This document shows positions 28,339-39,329 of a stretch of 64,000 nucleotides of DNA, in pieces (position 1 is the stretch's first letter; each line of letters opens with the position of its first letter). The notes below the pieces were generated by a model. That model had not been told where the DNA came from, searched no databases, and was given only the letters and a program-made list of their open reading frames with translations. Position numbers and translations under genes: made by a program. Origin of the DNA: an uncultured Clostridia bacterium (GTDB lineage Bacteria; Bacillota; Clostridia; Christensenellales; Borkfalkiaceae); assembly GCA_947570625.1 (NCBI GenBank), contig CANOUP010000003.1, positions 19,239 to 83,238 on the forward strand, given 5' to 3'.

Positions 28339-30342
28339 ATGGAAAGAAAATTACCTGCGTATCCGTTATTCGTAAAAGACCCCAACTTTTCATTGTGGGC
28401 AATGTGTGACGAACTGAACGGTGCCGATATAAAAACTTGGTACGGCGAAGAAAAGCCCGTTTACGGTTTTTTAAAAACCGAAGAGGGAACTTTTTGCTTT
28501 TTGGGAAATTATGATAGCGTTAAGGCTTATGGAGTTAGTAAAGCCGAACAGCTTTCGCTTGAAGTTACCTCATTTACCACCGATTACGTTTTTAAGGCGG
28601 GCAAAGCCGAAATAAAGGTTTCTTTCGTTTCGCCTTTGCTTTTGACGGATGTTCAAATGCTGTCAATGCCTGTTTGCTATATAAATTACAGCGTTACAGG
28701 TGCAAAAAGCGCAGAAGTTTCGATTTTTCTCAATCAAAAGATTTGTTATAACGCCAAATCGGCTTTGCCGGATAAAAGCGTAAGGGGCGGCGTCGTAAAC
28801 AAAGACGGCTACGAGGCGGCGTTTTTCGGGCTTAAACGGCAATATTATCTTTCCAACAATTTTGACGGAACGGGCGCGGATTGGGGCTATTTCTATCTTG
28901 CGGGCAATAAAGCGTTCATTTGTGATACGGGCGGGCTTGCCGCTTATTTGAGCGCAGGCAATAAAGAGTTTAGTCATTTGGGCGAAGAAAAATATTTAGC
29001 GGCGCTTTGCGGGAAAAGCGGAAGAATAGCAATTGCTTACGACGATATCGTAGCGATAGATTATTTCGGAAGCTTCAAAAAGACTGCATATCTTGAAACA
29101 CATACAATATACGACGCACTTGGCGAAGTAATTTTCGGCGGCGATAAAATCGATGAAAGGCTTGCCGGGTTCGATAAAGACTTAAAGAAAAAAGCCCAAG
29201 AATTCGGTTCGGACTATTATGCTGTTTTAACGGCTGCTTTAAGGCAAAGCATAGCCGCACACAAGCTTGTTTACGACGACGATAAAAATCTTCTTTTCCT
29301 TTCCAAAGAATGTTTTTCAAACGGCTGTATAGCAACGGTAGATATAAGCTATCCGTCTATGCCTCTGTTTCTTTTATACAATACCGAACTTGTAAAGGGT
29401 ATGATGCGTCCTATTTTTAAGTTTGCTAAAATGCCAGTTTGGAAGTTTGCCTTTGCGCCGCACGACGTGGGAACGTATCCTGCTTGCTGCGGTCAGGCAT
29501 ACGGATTGAAATGCGACGGCGGCAAGAACCACGCCGACTATATGAAGCGTGACGGTGCATACGAAACGCATATGCCCTATTACTTGCTTCCCGAAAATTT
29601 CGAACCGTATGATTTTAATATGCAAATGCCCGTAGAGGAGTGCGCCAATATGCTTATAATGCTTGCGGCGTGTTATTGCTATGACGGCGATATTTCATTA
29701 TTCAACGCACATAAAGATTTGTGCGCTAACTGGGTAAATTATCTTGTTGAATATGGATTGAAGCCGGAAAATCAGCTTTGTACGGACGATTTTGCGGGGC
29801 ATCTCAAAAATAATCTTAATCTGTCTATAAAAGCAACTGTCGGTATTGGCGCATACGCAAACTTATTAAAAGGAGCAGGCGATAAAAAGGCGGATAAATT
29901 TTACGACGTGGCGCAAAAGTTTGCTAAAGAAATAATAGATTTTTCAAATAAATTTGCGCATTCTCCCATAACGTGGGATTGTGGAGAGGAGTCGTTTTCA
30001 CTCAAATATAATTTGGCTTTCGACGGTATCTTGGGGCTTAAACTGTTCCCGCAGGAATTCAAAGAAAGAGAGGTAAGCTTTTATCTTGAAAAACTTGAAA
30101 AGTACGGCGTACCGTTGGACAACAGAAAAAGCTACACAAAAAGCGATTGGCTTTGCTGGGTAGCTTCTTTGACGGAAGATAACAAAAAGGCGCAAAAAAT
30201 TATTGCGCCGATTGCGGAATTTTTGATAAGTTCACCCTGCCGCGTACCGTTTTGCGACTGGTACGATACGGTTAGCGGAGCGCAATGCGGTTTTCAGGCA
30301 AGAAGCGTGCAGGGCGGTTGCTTTATTTTGCTGTTAAAGTAA
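28339..30342 (+). CDS. DUF4965/DUF5127/DUF1793 (glutaminase-A-like) putative glycoside hydrolase
   Basis: N-terminal LPAYPLFVKDPNFSLWA pattern and 667-aa length fit this family (recalled). Confidence 0.65.
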   Translation: MERKLPAYPLFVKDPNFSLWAMCDELNGADIKTWYGEEKPVYGFLKTEEGTFCFLGNYDSVKAYGVSKAEQLSLEVTSFTTDYVFKAGKAEIKVSFVSPLLLTDVQMLSMPVCYINYSVTGAKSAEVSIFLNQKICYNAKSALPDKSVRGGVVNKDGYEAAFFGLKRQYYLSNNFDGTGADWGYFYLAGNKAFICDTGGLAAYLSAGNKEFSHLGEEKYLAALCGKSGRIAIAYDDIVAIDYFGSFKKTAYLETHTIYDALGEVIFGGDKIDERLAGFDKDLKKKAQEFGSDYYAVLTAALRQSIAAHKLVYDDDKNLLFLSKECFSNGCIATVDISYPSMPLFLLYNTELVKGMMRPIFKFAKMPVWKFAFAPHDVGTYPACCGQAYGLKCDGGKNHADYMKRDGAYETHMPYYLLPENFEPYDFNMQMPVEECANMLIMLAACYCYDGDISLFNAHKDLCANWVNYLVEYGLKPENQLCTDDFAGHLKNNLNLSIKATVGIGAYANLLKGAGDKKADKFYDVAQKFAKEIIDFSNKFAHSPITWDCGEESFSLKYNLAFDGILGLKLFPQEFKEREVSFYLEKLEKYGVPLDNRKSYTKSDWLCWVASLTEDNKKAQKIIAPIAEFLISSPCRVPFCDWYDTVSGAQCGFQARSVQGGCFILLLK

Positions 30343-30351
30343 AACGGTTGA

Positions 30352-31185
30352 TTATTTTCTTCCGTTTTGCTTAGTGATTTCCTTAGGAGTAACGCCGAAC
30401 TGTTTTTTAAAAAGTCTGTAAAAATAAGACGTATTGTTAAAATTAATTCTTTCGCAAATTTGTTCAATCGAGTAAGAAGACGATTTTAGCAAGGAATATG
30501 CGTATTTCATTTTTTGTTCGTTGAAATAGTCGGTTATTGTTATGCCTATCATTTTTTTAAACGTACGGCAAACGTATTCCTGACTGTACGAAAACGAGTT
30601 GATTATTATCTGCTGATCGGTTTTAAAGTTTTCGGGAGCTGACAATATTGATAAAAGCCTTGATATCCACGCAGGATATTTATTAGATGTAATATTATAG
30701 CTGTGTTCGAGAAAAGCGTTGATTATATAGGTGCAGATTGCGCAGTCTATAACGGCGGTGTTGCCGTCTTCAATTGAAGTAAGCTTTTGGGTAAGAGCTT
30801 CGATGCGGTTTAATTGGTGATTGGAAAGGGTAAAGGTTATTAGTTTACTCGTGTAAAATTCGTCGTACAAATCGGGCGAATAATTATTACAGATTTTTTT
30901 GAAATATTCAGGCTGTATGATTATATCACGATGCATAAAGGTTTTTTCTATCGGTAGAAACGTGTGAGTATTGTTCGGCGTTAAAATAAAAGCGTCTCCG
31001 CAAGAAATGGTTTGTTCTTTACCGTCAAGATAATGGATACATTGACCGTCCAAGACGTAAAAAAATTCAATAAACTCATGGCTATGAAGTCCGGGGTCTT
31101 CATAGCTAAGTATCATCTGTGTATGAACATTTTTATTATCGGTAAATAATTGTTCTATCGTTAAACGATTTTCATTCATAGACAA
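30352..31185 (-). CDS. AraC-family transcriptional regulator (cupin sensor plus HTH)
   Basis: 277 aa. The C-terminal part ...YFNEQKMKYAYSLLKSSSYSIEQICERINFNNTSYFYRLFKKQFGVTPKE is a typical AraC HTH. Confidence 0.88.
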   Translation of the reverse strand: MSMNENRLTIEQLFTDNKNVHTQMILSYEDPGLHSHEFIEFFYVLDGQCIHYLDGKEQTISCGDAFILTPNNTHTFLPIEKTFMHRDIIIQPEYFKKICNNYSPDLYDEFYTSKLITFTLSNHQLNRIEALTQKLTSIEDGNTAVIDCAICTYIINAFLEHSYNITSNKYPAWISRLLSILSAPENFKTDQQIIINSFSYSQEYVCRTFKKMIGITITDYFNEQKMKYAYSLLKSSSYSIEQICERINFNNTSYFYRLFKKQFGVTPKEITKQNGRK

Positions 31186-31263
31186 TTTATAGGTGTCCTT
31201 GACATTATTTCACAACTATTTTATCACAAAAATAACGCAATTGCAACAAAAACTATGTAAAAT

Positions 31264-31327
31264 GTCAATACAGTACAATACTACGTCAATGTGGGACATT
31301 GTATATATTTATAAAAAATGTTATAAT
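31264..31327 (+). promoter_or_regulatory. Second copy of the GTCAAT-N15-GTCAAT operator plus TGTTATAAT promoter
   Basis: GTCAAT at 31264 and 31285, TATAAT at 31322-31327. The spacing is identical to 15014-15077, and it lies in the divergent araC / ABC-permease intergenic region. Confidence 0.55.
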
Positions 31328-31376
31328 ATAAACAGATAATGTAAAAAATTGACAAAAATGCAATTAAGGTGGAATT

Positions 31377-32330
31377 ATGAAATTACTCGCAAAAGCAGGC
31401 TTTAGCAAGCAAATTTTCTTTAAAAAGAAAGAAGCGGTTGTAGGTAAGGGAGAAAAAATACAGGGTTTTTTAATGGCGGTAATACCGTTTATAGGCTTTC
31501 TCGCTTTTACGGCTTTCCCTTTGGGGCTGACGATTTTCGTCAGCTTTACCGATTTACATTCTTACGACCTTACTACCTTGCAATGGTGCGGATTCGATAA
31601 CTACATCAAGTTATTCGGATTGCCGATGTTTAAAGACGCGGTAGTCAATACGCTGTATTTTCTTTTAAGCGTTCCCATAAATTTGGTTTCGCAGCTGTTT
31701 ATTGCAAACCTTTTAAATAAGCCGCTGAATAAAACATTTAAAAAAGTTGCAAGGCTAATACTTTATATTCCTACAATAATAGGCGGTGTTGCGGTCGCGC
31801 TTATTTGGAACTGGATATTAGAACCCAACTATGGTGTTTTCAATTCTTTGCTTTCGGCATTGGGACTTGAAAAAATCGGTTTTACTACTACCAAAGAGTG
31901 GTTTATGCCGTCAGTACTTATAATAAAATGGTGGAGCGCCGGTTTAAACGTATTAATATTTCAGTCTGCTCTTGCAAACGTTGATAATTCGTTAAAAGAA
32001 GCGGCAAGAATAGACGGTGCAAGCGAAAGAAGAATATTTTTCAGCGTAGTCATTCCGCAAATTTCACCTATGATTTTATATACTCTTATGATCGAATGTA
32101 TAGCGGCGTTTCAGGAAATGTCGGTTATGCAAATTATCGCAGGCAACGGCGTTGGACCTTCCAATTCCGCAGTTACCCTTTCATATTTAATGTACCGTAT
32201 GACTAATGAAAACATTTATACCGAAGGTTTCGGACTTGCAAGCGCACTCGGTATTGTTCTCGGTATCGTAGTTATTATAGTATCGGTTACTATAAATACA
32301 ATTTCCAAAAAGTTTGTATCCTATGACTGA
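31377..32330 (+). CDS. Carbohydrate ABC transporter permease (MalF/UgpA-like)
   Basis: Multi-TM protein with the EAA-type loop ...KEAARIDGASERRIFFSVVIP. RBS aaggtgg. Confidence 0.88.
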   Translation: MKLLAKAGFSKQIFFKKKEAVVGKGEKIQGFLMAVIPFIGFLAFTAFPLGLTIFVSFTDLHSYDLTTLQWCGFDNYIKLFGLPMFKDAVVNTLYFLLSVPINLVSQLFIANLLNKPLNKTFKKVARLILYIPTIIGGVAVALIWNWILEPNYGVFNSLLSALGLEKIGFTTTKEWFMPSVLIIKWWSAGLNVLIFQSALANVDNSLKEAARIDGASERRIFFSVVIPQISPMILYTLMIECIAAFQEMSVMQIIAGNGVGPSNSAVTLSYLMYRMTNENIYTEGFGLASALGIVLGIVVIIVSVTINTISKKFVSYD

Positions 32331-32345
32331 TAATAAAGGTGCGTT

Positions 32346-33263
32346 ATGAAGAGTAAGAAATTAGAGAATAATAAACCCGTCAACAAAAAATTAAATAATT
32401 TATTATTGCAAAATAAGACAGGTAAAAAGAAGTATTATATCGGAACCTATGCGCTTGTTTGCTTCTTTATGGCAGTGGTTTTAATTGCGGTATATATTGC
32501 GGTTATTACCTCACTGATGACAAAAGCCGAAGCAAACTTCGTTGAGTTTCATTGGATACCCGAACAGGGCATTTCGTTCAGGGCATATATCGACGCGTTT
32601 ACCAAAGATTATGGCGGAACGAACGTAATGATAGGTTTAAAAAATACTCTTATAATTTATCTTCCGGGAATTATCGTAGGTTTATACGTTTCGGCTGTAG
32701 CGGCATTTGCGTTTGCAAAAATGAAATTCCCCTTTAAAGTTGTCATGTTCGGCATACTGATGGGTACTATGATGATTCCCCAAAATATGAACATTATTGC
32801 CAGAGTGCTTATGTTCGACCAGCTGGACTGGATAGGTACGCCTTGGCCCATAATGATTCCGAGAATGCTTGGAACAATAGGCGTCATTTACTTTTTAAGG
32901 CAGTATTATATGTCTATCCCTAAGGATTTGATAGACGCGGCAAGAATCGACGGATTAAGCTATTTCGGTGTATTCAACAGAATAATGTTGCCTATTTCGG
33001 TATCGCCGCTTTTAATTCAGTTTATTTTCCAGTTTATTGCGGGATATAACGATTATAACGACCCGTTGTACTTTTTGACGAGTAATGCAAATCTGCATAC
33101 GGTTCAGCTTACGCTTGCTTTCCTTGTAGACCCTTACGAACAGGATTGGCCGTTACGTTTGGCGGCTTGTCTGGCGTCGGCGCTTCCTATGTTTTTGCTT
33201 TATTTATTCACTCAAAATCTTATGTTGAAAGGGCTGGATGTGTCTGCGAGTATAAAGGGTTAA
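32346..33263 (+). CDS. Carbohydrate ABC transporter permease (MalG/UgpE-like)
   Basis: ...DLIDAARIDGLSYFGVFNRIMLP... EAA loop; 305 aa. Confidence 0.88.
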   Translation: MKSKKLENNKPVNKKLNNLLLQNKTGKKKYYIGTYALVCFFMAVVLIAVYIAVITSLMTKAEANFVEFHWIPEQGISFRAYIDAFTKDYGGTNVMIGLKNTLIIYLPGIIVGLYVSAVAAFAFAKMKFPFKVVMFGILMGTMMIPQNMNIIARVLMFDQLDWIGTPWPIMIPRMLGTIGVIYFLRQYYMSIPKDLIDAARIDGLSYFGVFNRIMLPISVSPLLIQFIFQFIAGYNDYNDPLYFLTSNANLHTVQLTLAFLVDPYEQDWPLRLAACLASALPMFLLYLFTQNLMLKGLDVSASIKG

Positions 33264-33264
33264 T

Positions 33265-34479
33265 ATGACGGTTAAAGATTATATTATTGAAACTTTTCCC
33301 AAAACTTTAAGAAATGCGGTAAAAGACGAAGATACGTTGTTAGGTTTACCTTATCCGTATACCGTTCCCTGTGCCGAAAGTTATTTTAACGAACTGTTTT
33401 ATTGGGATACTTATTTTACTAATAAAGCTCTTATCATAGCGGGCGATTTTAAACAGGCTAAAAATAACGTGCTTGATATTGCGGCATTGATAGAAAGGTT
33501 CGGATATATGCCGAACGGCAGTAGAACGTATTTTTTAAAACGTAGTCAACCGCCGTATTTTGCGCTTATGGTTGACGATATATATAAGGCGGAAAAGAAT
33601 ACGGCATTTTTAAAAGCGATGTTCCCCGTTATTGAAAAAGAATACGGTTTTTGGATGACAAAAAGAATTTCGGATAACGGACTTAATCATTACTATACCG
33701 AAGAGGACGACGAAAGCTGTAAGGGCTTTTACACCGGTTGCGTTGCGGAACGTATAGGCTTAGACGGTAAAGCCGATTTCGTTAATGCGGGAAGAAATTA
33801 TTTTGCCGAAGCGGAATCGGGTTGGGATTTTACTCCGAGATTCGGAGGAAGCTGCGCGGAATTTAATCCCGTTGACTTAAATTCAAATCTTTACTTATAC
33901 GAAAAACTTTTGTGCGAATACGAAATTTTGCTCAAAACAGGCGATGGGACCAAATGGCGTGAAAAAGCGGAGACGCGTGCGGAACTTATAAACAAATTGC
34001 TTTGGGACAGTGATAAAAACGTTTATAAGGATTACAATTTTAATACGGGAAAACTTTCCGAAACTGTGAGCGCGGCTGCGTTTCAGCCATATTTTGCGGG
34101 GCTTGCGGATAAAGAAAAATCGGTTGGCTTGGATAATTTATTGAAAGAATTGCAATGCGGCTACGGGCTGTTTGCAACGGGTAAAACAAATAAAAAGTAT
34201 CAGTGGGCTTATCCCAACGTATGGGCGCCTTACCACGTCATTGCGGCGGACGGTCTTTTAAATTACGGACTTGTCAAAGAAGCTTTGGCTGTGGCAAATG
34301 AGTATACAAGGTTAATCGAAACTAATTTCGAAAAGACGGGCAAATTATACGAAAAGTATAACGGCGAAACAGGCGGTACGGACGCGGTTTCGGAATACGG
34401 CACTCCCGAAATGCTCGGCTGGACGGCGGGAGCGTATATGTACTTATCTGAATTTATAAAGGAGCACGGCGATGCTTGA
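33265..34479 (+). CDS. Glycoside hydrolase family 37 (trehalase-like), cytoplasmic
   Basis: ELFYWDTYF, SQPPYF, ESGWDFTPRF and YQWAYPNVWAPY match the GH37 signatures. Confidence 0.75.
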   Translation: MTVKDYIIETFPKTLRNAVKDEDTLLGLPYPYTVPCAESYFNELFYWDTYFTNKALIIAGDFKQAKNNVLDIAALIERFGYMPNGSRTYFLKRSQPPYFALMVDDIYKAEKNTAFLKAMFPVIEKEYGFWMTKRISDNGLNHYYTEEDDESCKGFYTGCVAERIGLDGKADFVNAGRNYFAEAESGWDFTPRFGGSCAEFNPVDLNSNLYLYEKLLCEYEILLKTGDGTKWREKAETRAELINKLLWDSDKNVYKDYNFNTGKLSETVSAAAFQPYFAGLADKEKSVGLDNLLKELQCGYGLFATGKTNKKYQWAYPNVWAPYHVIAADGLLNYGLVKEALAVANEYTRLIETNFEKTGKLYEKYNGETGGTDAVSEYGTPEMLGWTAGAYMYLSEFIKEHGDA

Positions 34480-36877
34480 CAAACATTTGACCGTAAAAAC
34501 TTACGGTGCGGCGGATAAAGACAATATTGTTTTTTGGCAGAACTACCGCGTTACGGTTTTGGACGGCAGGCTTTTCAGAATAGAAAGCAATGCGGAAAAT
34601 GAATGGCGGGACAAAGCAACGCAAAGCATCTGGTTTCGCAACGCCGTTAAACAGAGTTTTGAAACGGATGAAACGGGCGGCGTTTTCAAAATTATAACGC
34701 CTTTCGTAACGCTTGTTTTAAAAGAAAATATCGAGGATTGTTTCGTTTGTATGGACGGCGAAAAAATCCCGTTGGACAATAACGGTAATTTGCACGGCAC
34801 TTACCGCACTTTGGATTGCTGCGACGGCGATACAAAGTATGAAAACTGGTTTTACGGTTGCGCTGTTGAAGGAAAAGTTATTTTGGACGACGGGGTATGC
34901 TCGAAAAGAGGCGTTGCCGTTTTGCATGACGAAAGCTCGCTGTCGCTCAACGAATACGGTAAAGTTATTCCCGAGCGTGGAAAGGGTAAAGATATATACG
35001 TTTTTGCTTATGGCAATGATTATCGGGTTGCGGTAAACGCGCTCTATAAAATTACGGGCGCGCCGCCCATGTTGCCGCGTTATGCTCTCGGCAACTGGTG
35101 GTCGAGATTTTATGCGTATACAGCCGACGAATATCTTACGTTGCTCGATAAATTTTCGCAAAGAAATATTCCGTTTACGGTTGCAGCCGTCGATATGGAT
35201 TGGCATTGGTCGGCGGATTTGGATAAAAAGTTCTGTATTGCCGAAAGCGGTAAAAATACCGATTATTACGGCGGTAATAACGGTTGGACAGGTTATTCCT
35301 GGAATACCGGGCTCTTTCCCGACTATAAGCTTTTTTTAAGGGAAGTAAACGACAGAAACTATAAGGTTACGTTAAATGTGCATCCTGCCGACGGCGTCCG
35401 CTTTTTCGAAGATATGTATACAGAAATGGCAGTTGCCTGCGGAGTAAATCCAGATACGGGCAAGAGAATAGAGTTTGACGTTACCGACGATAATTTTATA
35501 AACAACTATTTTTCCGTCCTTCATACGCCGTATGAAAATAGCGGCGTTGCGTTTTGGTGGCTTGACTGGCAACAGGGCGAAAAATCGAAAATAGACGGGC
35601 TTGACCCGCTGTGGTCGTTAAACCATTATCATTTTCTGGATAATGAGAAAAACGGGAAAAAACCGCTTATACTTTCAAGATATTGCGGCGCAGGTGCGCA
35701 CAGGTATCCCGTCGGATTTTCGGGTGATACCTACGCAACGTGGAAAACGCTTGAATATCTTCCGTATTTTACCGCTACGGCGAGCAATATAGGCTTTACC
35801 TGGTGGTCGCACGATATCGGCGGACATATGTGGGGAGAAACGGACGGAGAGCTTTATTTACGTTCAGTTCAATTCGGCGTATTCAGTCCGATAAACAGGT
35901 TGCATTGTTGCGGCTTGAAAGTCGTAACCAAAGAACCATGGAACTACGGTAACGGTACGGGATTGATTGCGGAAGAATTTTTAAGATTCAGGCATCGGTT
36001 AATTCCGTTTTTGTATACGGCAAACTATTTGACGCATGCGCAAAGCAAACCGCTTGTCGAGCCGCTGTATTACGAATACGCAAGCGAAGAGGCGTATCGT
36101 TATAGGGATGAATATCTTTTCGGAGGGCTTATAGTTGCCCCTGTGACCTCGCCTATAAAAGAAGACGGATACGCCCGCATTAACGTTTGGTTGCCGAAAG
36201 GTAAGTATACCGATATATTTACAAAAGAGGAATACTTTATAGAAACTGCCGGGGGCAAGGAGGGCGTTCTTTTGAGAAAACTCGAAAGTATTCCCGTGCT
36301 TGCTAAGGCGGGTACCGTGTTGCCTTTATCGCTCGATAACGGCAATTCGGTGAAAAATCCTGAAAAGCTTGAAATAAAGGTATATTCGGGAAACGGCAGA
36401 TACACACTCTACGAGGACGGGGAAAACGGCGAGGAATATTTTACCGACTTAGTATTGACCGAAAGCGGAGGGCAAGTTGTCCTCAGCATTTTTGGACACG
36501 GCGACGCCGGAATAATTCCGCGAAACAGGACTTTAAGGATATGCTTTGAAAATATTTACGACGGAGTTGCGGAAGTTTACTGCGGCGGCAAACGCATTGA
36601 TTGCGGCAAAGAGTATTTTGTGAATCTTACCGTTACGGTGAACTATGAACACGGTACGGAAATACGCGTTGTTGCAAAAGACAGGAAAACCGCTTTTGAA
36701 AATATGCTTTACAGAATGAAAAAAATTATGACGGAAGCGGAAGAAAACGTGTTTATCAAGGATAAATGGTATAACGAATTTATTAGGGCGGAAAACGCGT
36801 GCAAACTCGAAGAGCTGATAGTAAGTTCCGAACTTAAAGAAGTTATCAAAACCAAACTGAAAGAGATATTTTTTTGA
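34472..36877 (+). CDS. Glycoside hydrolase family 31
   Basis: FWWLDWQQG, GFSGDTYATW and WSHDIGGH motifs; 801 aa. Confidence 0.8.
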   Translation: MLDKHLTVKTYGAADKDNIVFWQNYRVTVLDGRLFRIESNAENEWRDKATQSIWFRNAVKQSFETDETGGVFKIITPFVTLVLKENIEDCFVCMDGEKIPLDNNGNLHGTYRTLDCCDGDTKYENWFYGCAVEGKVILDDGVCSKRGVAVLHDESSLSLNEYGKVIPERGKGKDIYVFAYGNDYRVAVNALYKITGAPPMLPRYALGNWWSRFYAYTADEYLTLLDKFSQRNIPFTVAAVDMDWHWSADLDKKFCIAESGKNTDYYGGNNGWTGYSWNTGLFPDYKLFLREVNDRNYKVTLNVHPADGVRFFEDMYTEMAVACGVNPDTGKRIEFDVTDDNFINNYFSVLHTPYENSGVAFWWLDWQQGEKSKIDGLDPLWSLNHYHFLDNEKNGKKPLILSRYCGAGAHRYPVGFSGDTYATWKTLEYLPYFTATASNIGFTWWSHDIGGHMWGETDGELYLRSVQFGVFSPINRLHCCGLKVVTKEPWNYGNGTGLIAEEFLRFRHRLIPFLYTANYLTHAQSKPLVEPLYYEYASEEAYRYRDEYLFGGLIVAPVTSPIKEDGYARINVWLPKGKYTDIFTKEEYFIETAGGKEGVLLRKLESIPVLAKAGTVLPLSLDNGNSVKNPEKLEIKVYSGNGRYTLYEDGENGEEYFTDLVLTESGGQVVLSIFGHGDAGIIPRNRTLRICFENIYDGVAEVYCGGKRIDCGKEYFVNLTVTVNYEHGTEIRVVAKDRKTAFENMLYRMKKIMTEAEENVFIKDKWYNEFIRAENACKLEELIVSSELKEVIKTKLKEIFF

Positions 36878-36889
36878 TAAAAGGAGAAA

Positions 36890-38251
36890 ATGATGGCAAG
36901 CGTTAGACTAAAGGACATATGCAAAGTTTATCCCAACGGACTCGAAGCGGTAAAAAACTTCAATATGGAGATAGAAGATAAGGAGTTTATCGTTTTTGTC
37001 GGTCCTTCGGGATGCGGTAAATCCACGGCTTTAAGGATGATTGCGGGACTCGAAGCCATAACATCCGGCGAACTTTATATAGGCGACAAGCTTGTAAACG
37101 GAGTCGAACCGAAGGACAGAGATATTGCGATGGTGTTTCAGAATTATGCTCTGTATCCGCATATGACTATTTATAACAATATCGCATTTGGTTTAAAAAT
37201 CCGTAAAGTTCCCGTACCCGTACTTGATGAGCAAGGAAATGAAGTTTACGAAACGGATTATAAAAAAGTTAAAGAGCTTGAAAGGTATTTGTCAAAGCTC
37301 AAAAAGTATAAAGAAAAGTCTAATGAGATAATCCCCGAGCTTGAACAGGCTATAATAAATACCGAAAACGAGTTAGAATATTATAAAGCCACCCCGCAGA
37401 AAAAAACTGTTTTGAAGCGGATTCCGAAAGCCGAGATAGACAGAAAGGTAAGAGAAGCTGCCGAAATTCTCGGTATAACGGATTATTTAAAAAAGAAACC
37501 GAAAGAGATGTCGGGCGGACAAAGGCAAAGAGTTGCGCTCGGAAGAGCGATAGTAAGGCAGCCCAAGGTGTTTCTTCTTGATGAACCCCTGTCTAATCTG
37601 GACGCAAAGTTGCGTACGTCTATGCGTGCGGAAATTTCCAAATTGCATAATAAACTGCAAACAACGTTCATTTACGTTACTCACGACCAGGTTGAGGCCA
37701 TGACTATGGGTACAAGAATAGTAGTTATGAAGCTCGGCGTCGTTCAGCAAATCGATACTCCAAGCAATCTTTACAACTATCCTGCAAATAAATTTGTCGC
37801 CGGGTTTATAGGTACTCCGCAAATGAATTTTTTTAACTGCAAGCTCTTGAAAAACGGTGCAGAAATAATGATAAATTTCATAGATGCGGACATTTCATTT
37901 ACTGTACCCCAAAAAACTTTAAGCCACATTAATTCCGATTATTTCGACGGAACGAAGTCCGTAATACTCGGTATAAGGTCGGAGCATATTTCAATCGAAA
38001 AGAACAAATATCCGCACAAAGCAAAATGCCAAGTTTCATTTATTGAAGATTTGGGAATAGACTGTCAGTTGTACGGCGATATAAACGTCAATGGCGTGGA
38101 CAGTATTACAGAAAGTCCCACTAGACTTGTGTTGAAAGCGCCCGCAGGCACAAAATTTAATACGGGTGATATTAAGGAAGTTTACTTCGATTTGAAAAAT
38201 ATACATCTGTTCGATGCGGAAACAGAGCATACCCTTAGGGTTGACAAATAA
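36890..38251 (+). CDS. MsmX/MalK-type sugar ABC ATPase carrying an about 70-aa helical insertion
   Basis: [27 protein letters not shown] and VTHDQ. An insertion at about 37214-37420 lies between FGLKIRK and [10 protein letters not shown]. Confidence 0.88.
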   Translation: MMASVRLKDICKVYPNGLEAVKNFNMEIEDKEFIVFVGPSGCGKSTALRMIAGLEAITSGELYIGDKLVNGVEPKDRDIAMVFQNYALYPHMTIYNNIAFGLKIRKVPVPVLDEQGNEVYETDYKKVKELERYLSKLKKYKEKSNEIIPELEQAIINTENELEYYKATPQKKTVLKRIPKAEIDRKVREAAEILGITDYLKKKPKEMSGGQRQRVALGRAIVRQPKVFLLDEPLSNLDAKLRTSMRAEISKLHNKLQTTFIYVTHDQVEAMTMGTRIVVMKLGVVQQIDTPSNLYNYPANKFVAGFIGTPQMNFFNCKLLKNGAEIMINFIDADISFTVPQKTLSHINSDYFDGTKSVILGIRSEHISIEKNKYPHKAKCQVSFIEDLGIDCQLYGDINVNGVDSITESPTRLVLKAPAGTKFNTGDIKEVYFDLKNIHLFDAETEHTLRVDK

Positions 38252-38734
38252 ATGATAGATTTATATGAAGATATCAATATCGTAAAAATTCAATTTAAAA
38301 AAAGGTGCAATATAGCAATTTGTATTACACTTTCTATAATATCCTTAGCCGCTTGTATTCTTTTAACCGTTTTCGTTACACACAATAATAAAACGGTTAT
38401 GCTTGCCGTGACTTGTGTAGTTGCGGTTACGGGCGGCTGGTTTATTATAGCCGATATTATGTTGGCGATTTTACCATATAAATATTTGTTGAGGCATATA
38501 GAAGCCGTCCGAAGCTATGTAAAGGTTCCCGACTGCGGGCAAGTGGACGGGATTAAATATATGACTGTAAACAAGTGGCTGTCCGCTTATGAAGTAACGG
38601 TTACAGAGAATGGTGTTAAGAATATTTTTTTGTGGAACACGGCAGCGGGAGGGTTAAGCATAAAAGTCGGCGACAAGGTCAAAATTGTCAGCGCAAACCG
38701 CTTTATTATCAGTTGCGAGGCGGTATATGAATAA
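38252..38734 (+). CDS. Hypothetical membrane protein (2 predicted TM segments)
   Basis: 160-aa ORF directly abutting the upstream stop. Two hydrophobic segments are visible. Confidence 0.5.
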   Translation: MIDLYEDINIVKIQFKKRCNIAICITLSIISLAACILLTVFVTHNNKTVMLAVTCVVAVTGGWFIIADIMLAILPYKYLLRHIEAVRSYVKVPDCGQVDGIKYMTVNKWLSAYEVTVTENGVKNIFLWNTAAGGLSIKVGDKVKIVSANRFIISCEAVYE

Positions 38735-39329
38735 AAAGTATTCTGCCTTACGGCGTCTTTTGTCGGTATGGTATTTATTTTTAGGTTGGCTTTTGGCTGT
38801 TATTTTTGTTTTCGGGCTCATTTACGGTCTTCGCACCGCATACAGAGCAAATGAACAGATTTCGGTTTTCATTGCTGCGGAGAGCGTAGAAAACGAGCGT
38901 CTTGAAGCTTTATTAAATGAAAACAGACCGTTATATCTTGCAAATATAAAACTTAACTATTGCACTTCGTTAAGAAACGAAACTATTTATAATGTTAATT
39001 GGATGCAGGCGACCACGCTTGCAACCGATATATATGTGTTGCCCGAAAGTAAAATTTCGGCGCAAGCCTGCAACGCTTATTTTTTACCGATTACCGATGA
39101 GTTTATTAAAAATAATTTTATCAAAACTGACCGACTGATATTTGATGAAAATATTTACGGATTAAAAATAAACCAAAACAAGGACAACGGCTTAATAAGT
39201 TTCTCGGACGAAAATTATTATGTTTGTTTCGGTAGACATTGCGGTCATTTGGGTTTGGGCTCTGCTAACGACGGCGCAATCGAAATAGCGAATTGGTTTT
39301 TAAACGGTATGGGAGAAGAATATGCCTGA
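38727..39329 (+). CDS. Hypothetical membrane-anchored protein
   Basis: Start at ATG 38727 (ATGAATAA overlap with the upstream stop). One N-terminal TM segment. Confidence 0.5.
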   Translation: MNKKYSALRRLLSVWYLFLGWLLAVIFVFGLIYGLRTAYRANEQISVFIAAESVENERLEALLNENRPLYLANIKLNYCTSLRNETIYNVNWMQATTLATDIYVLPESKISAQACNAYFLPITDEFIKNNFIKTDRLIFDENIYGLKINQNKDNGLISFSDENYYVCFGRHCGHLGLGSANDGAIEIANWFLNGMGEEYA

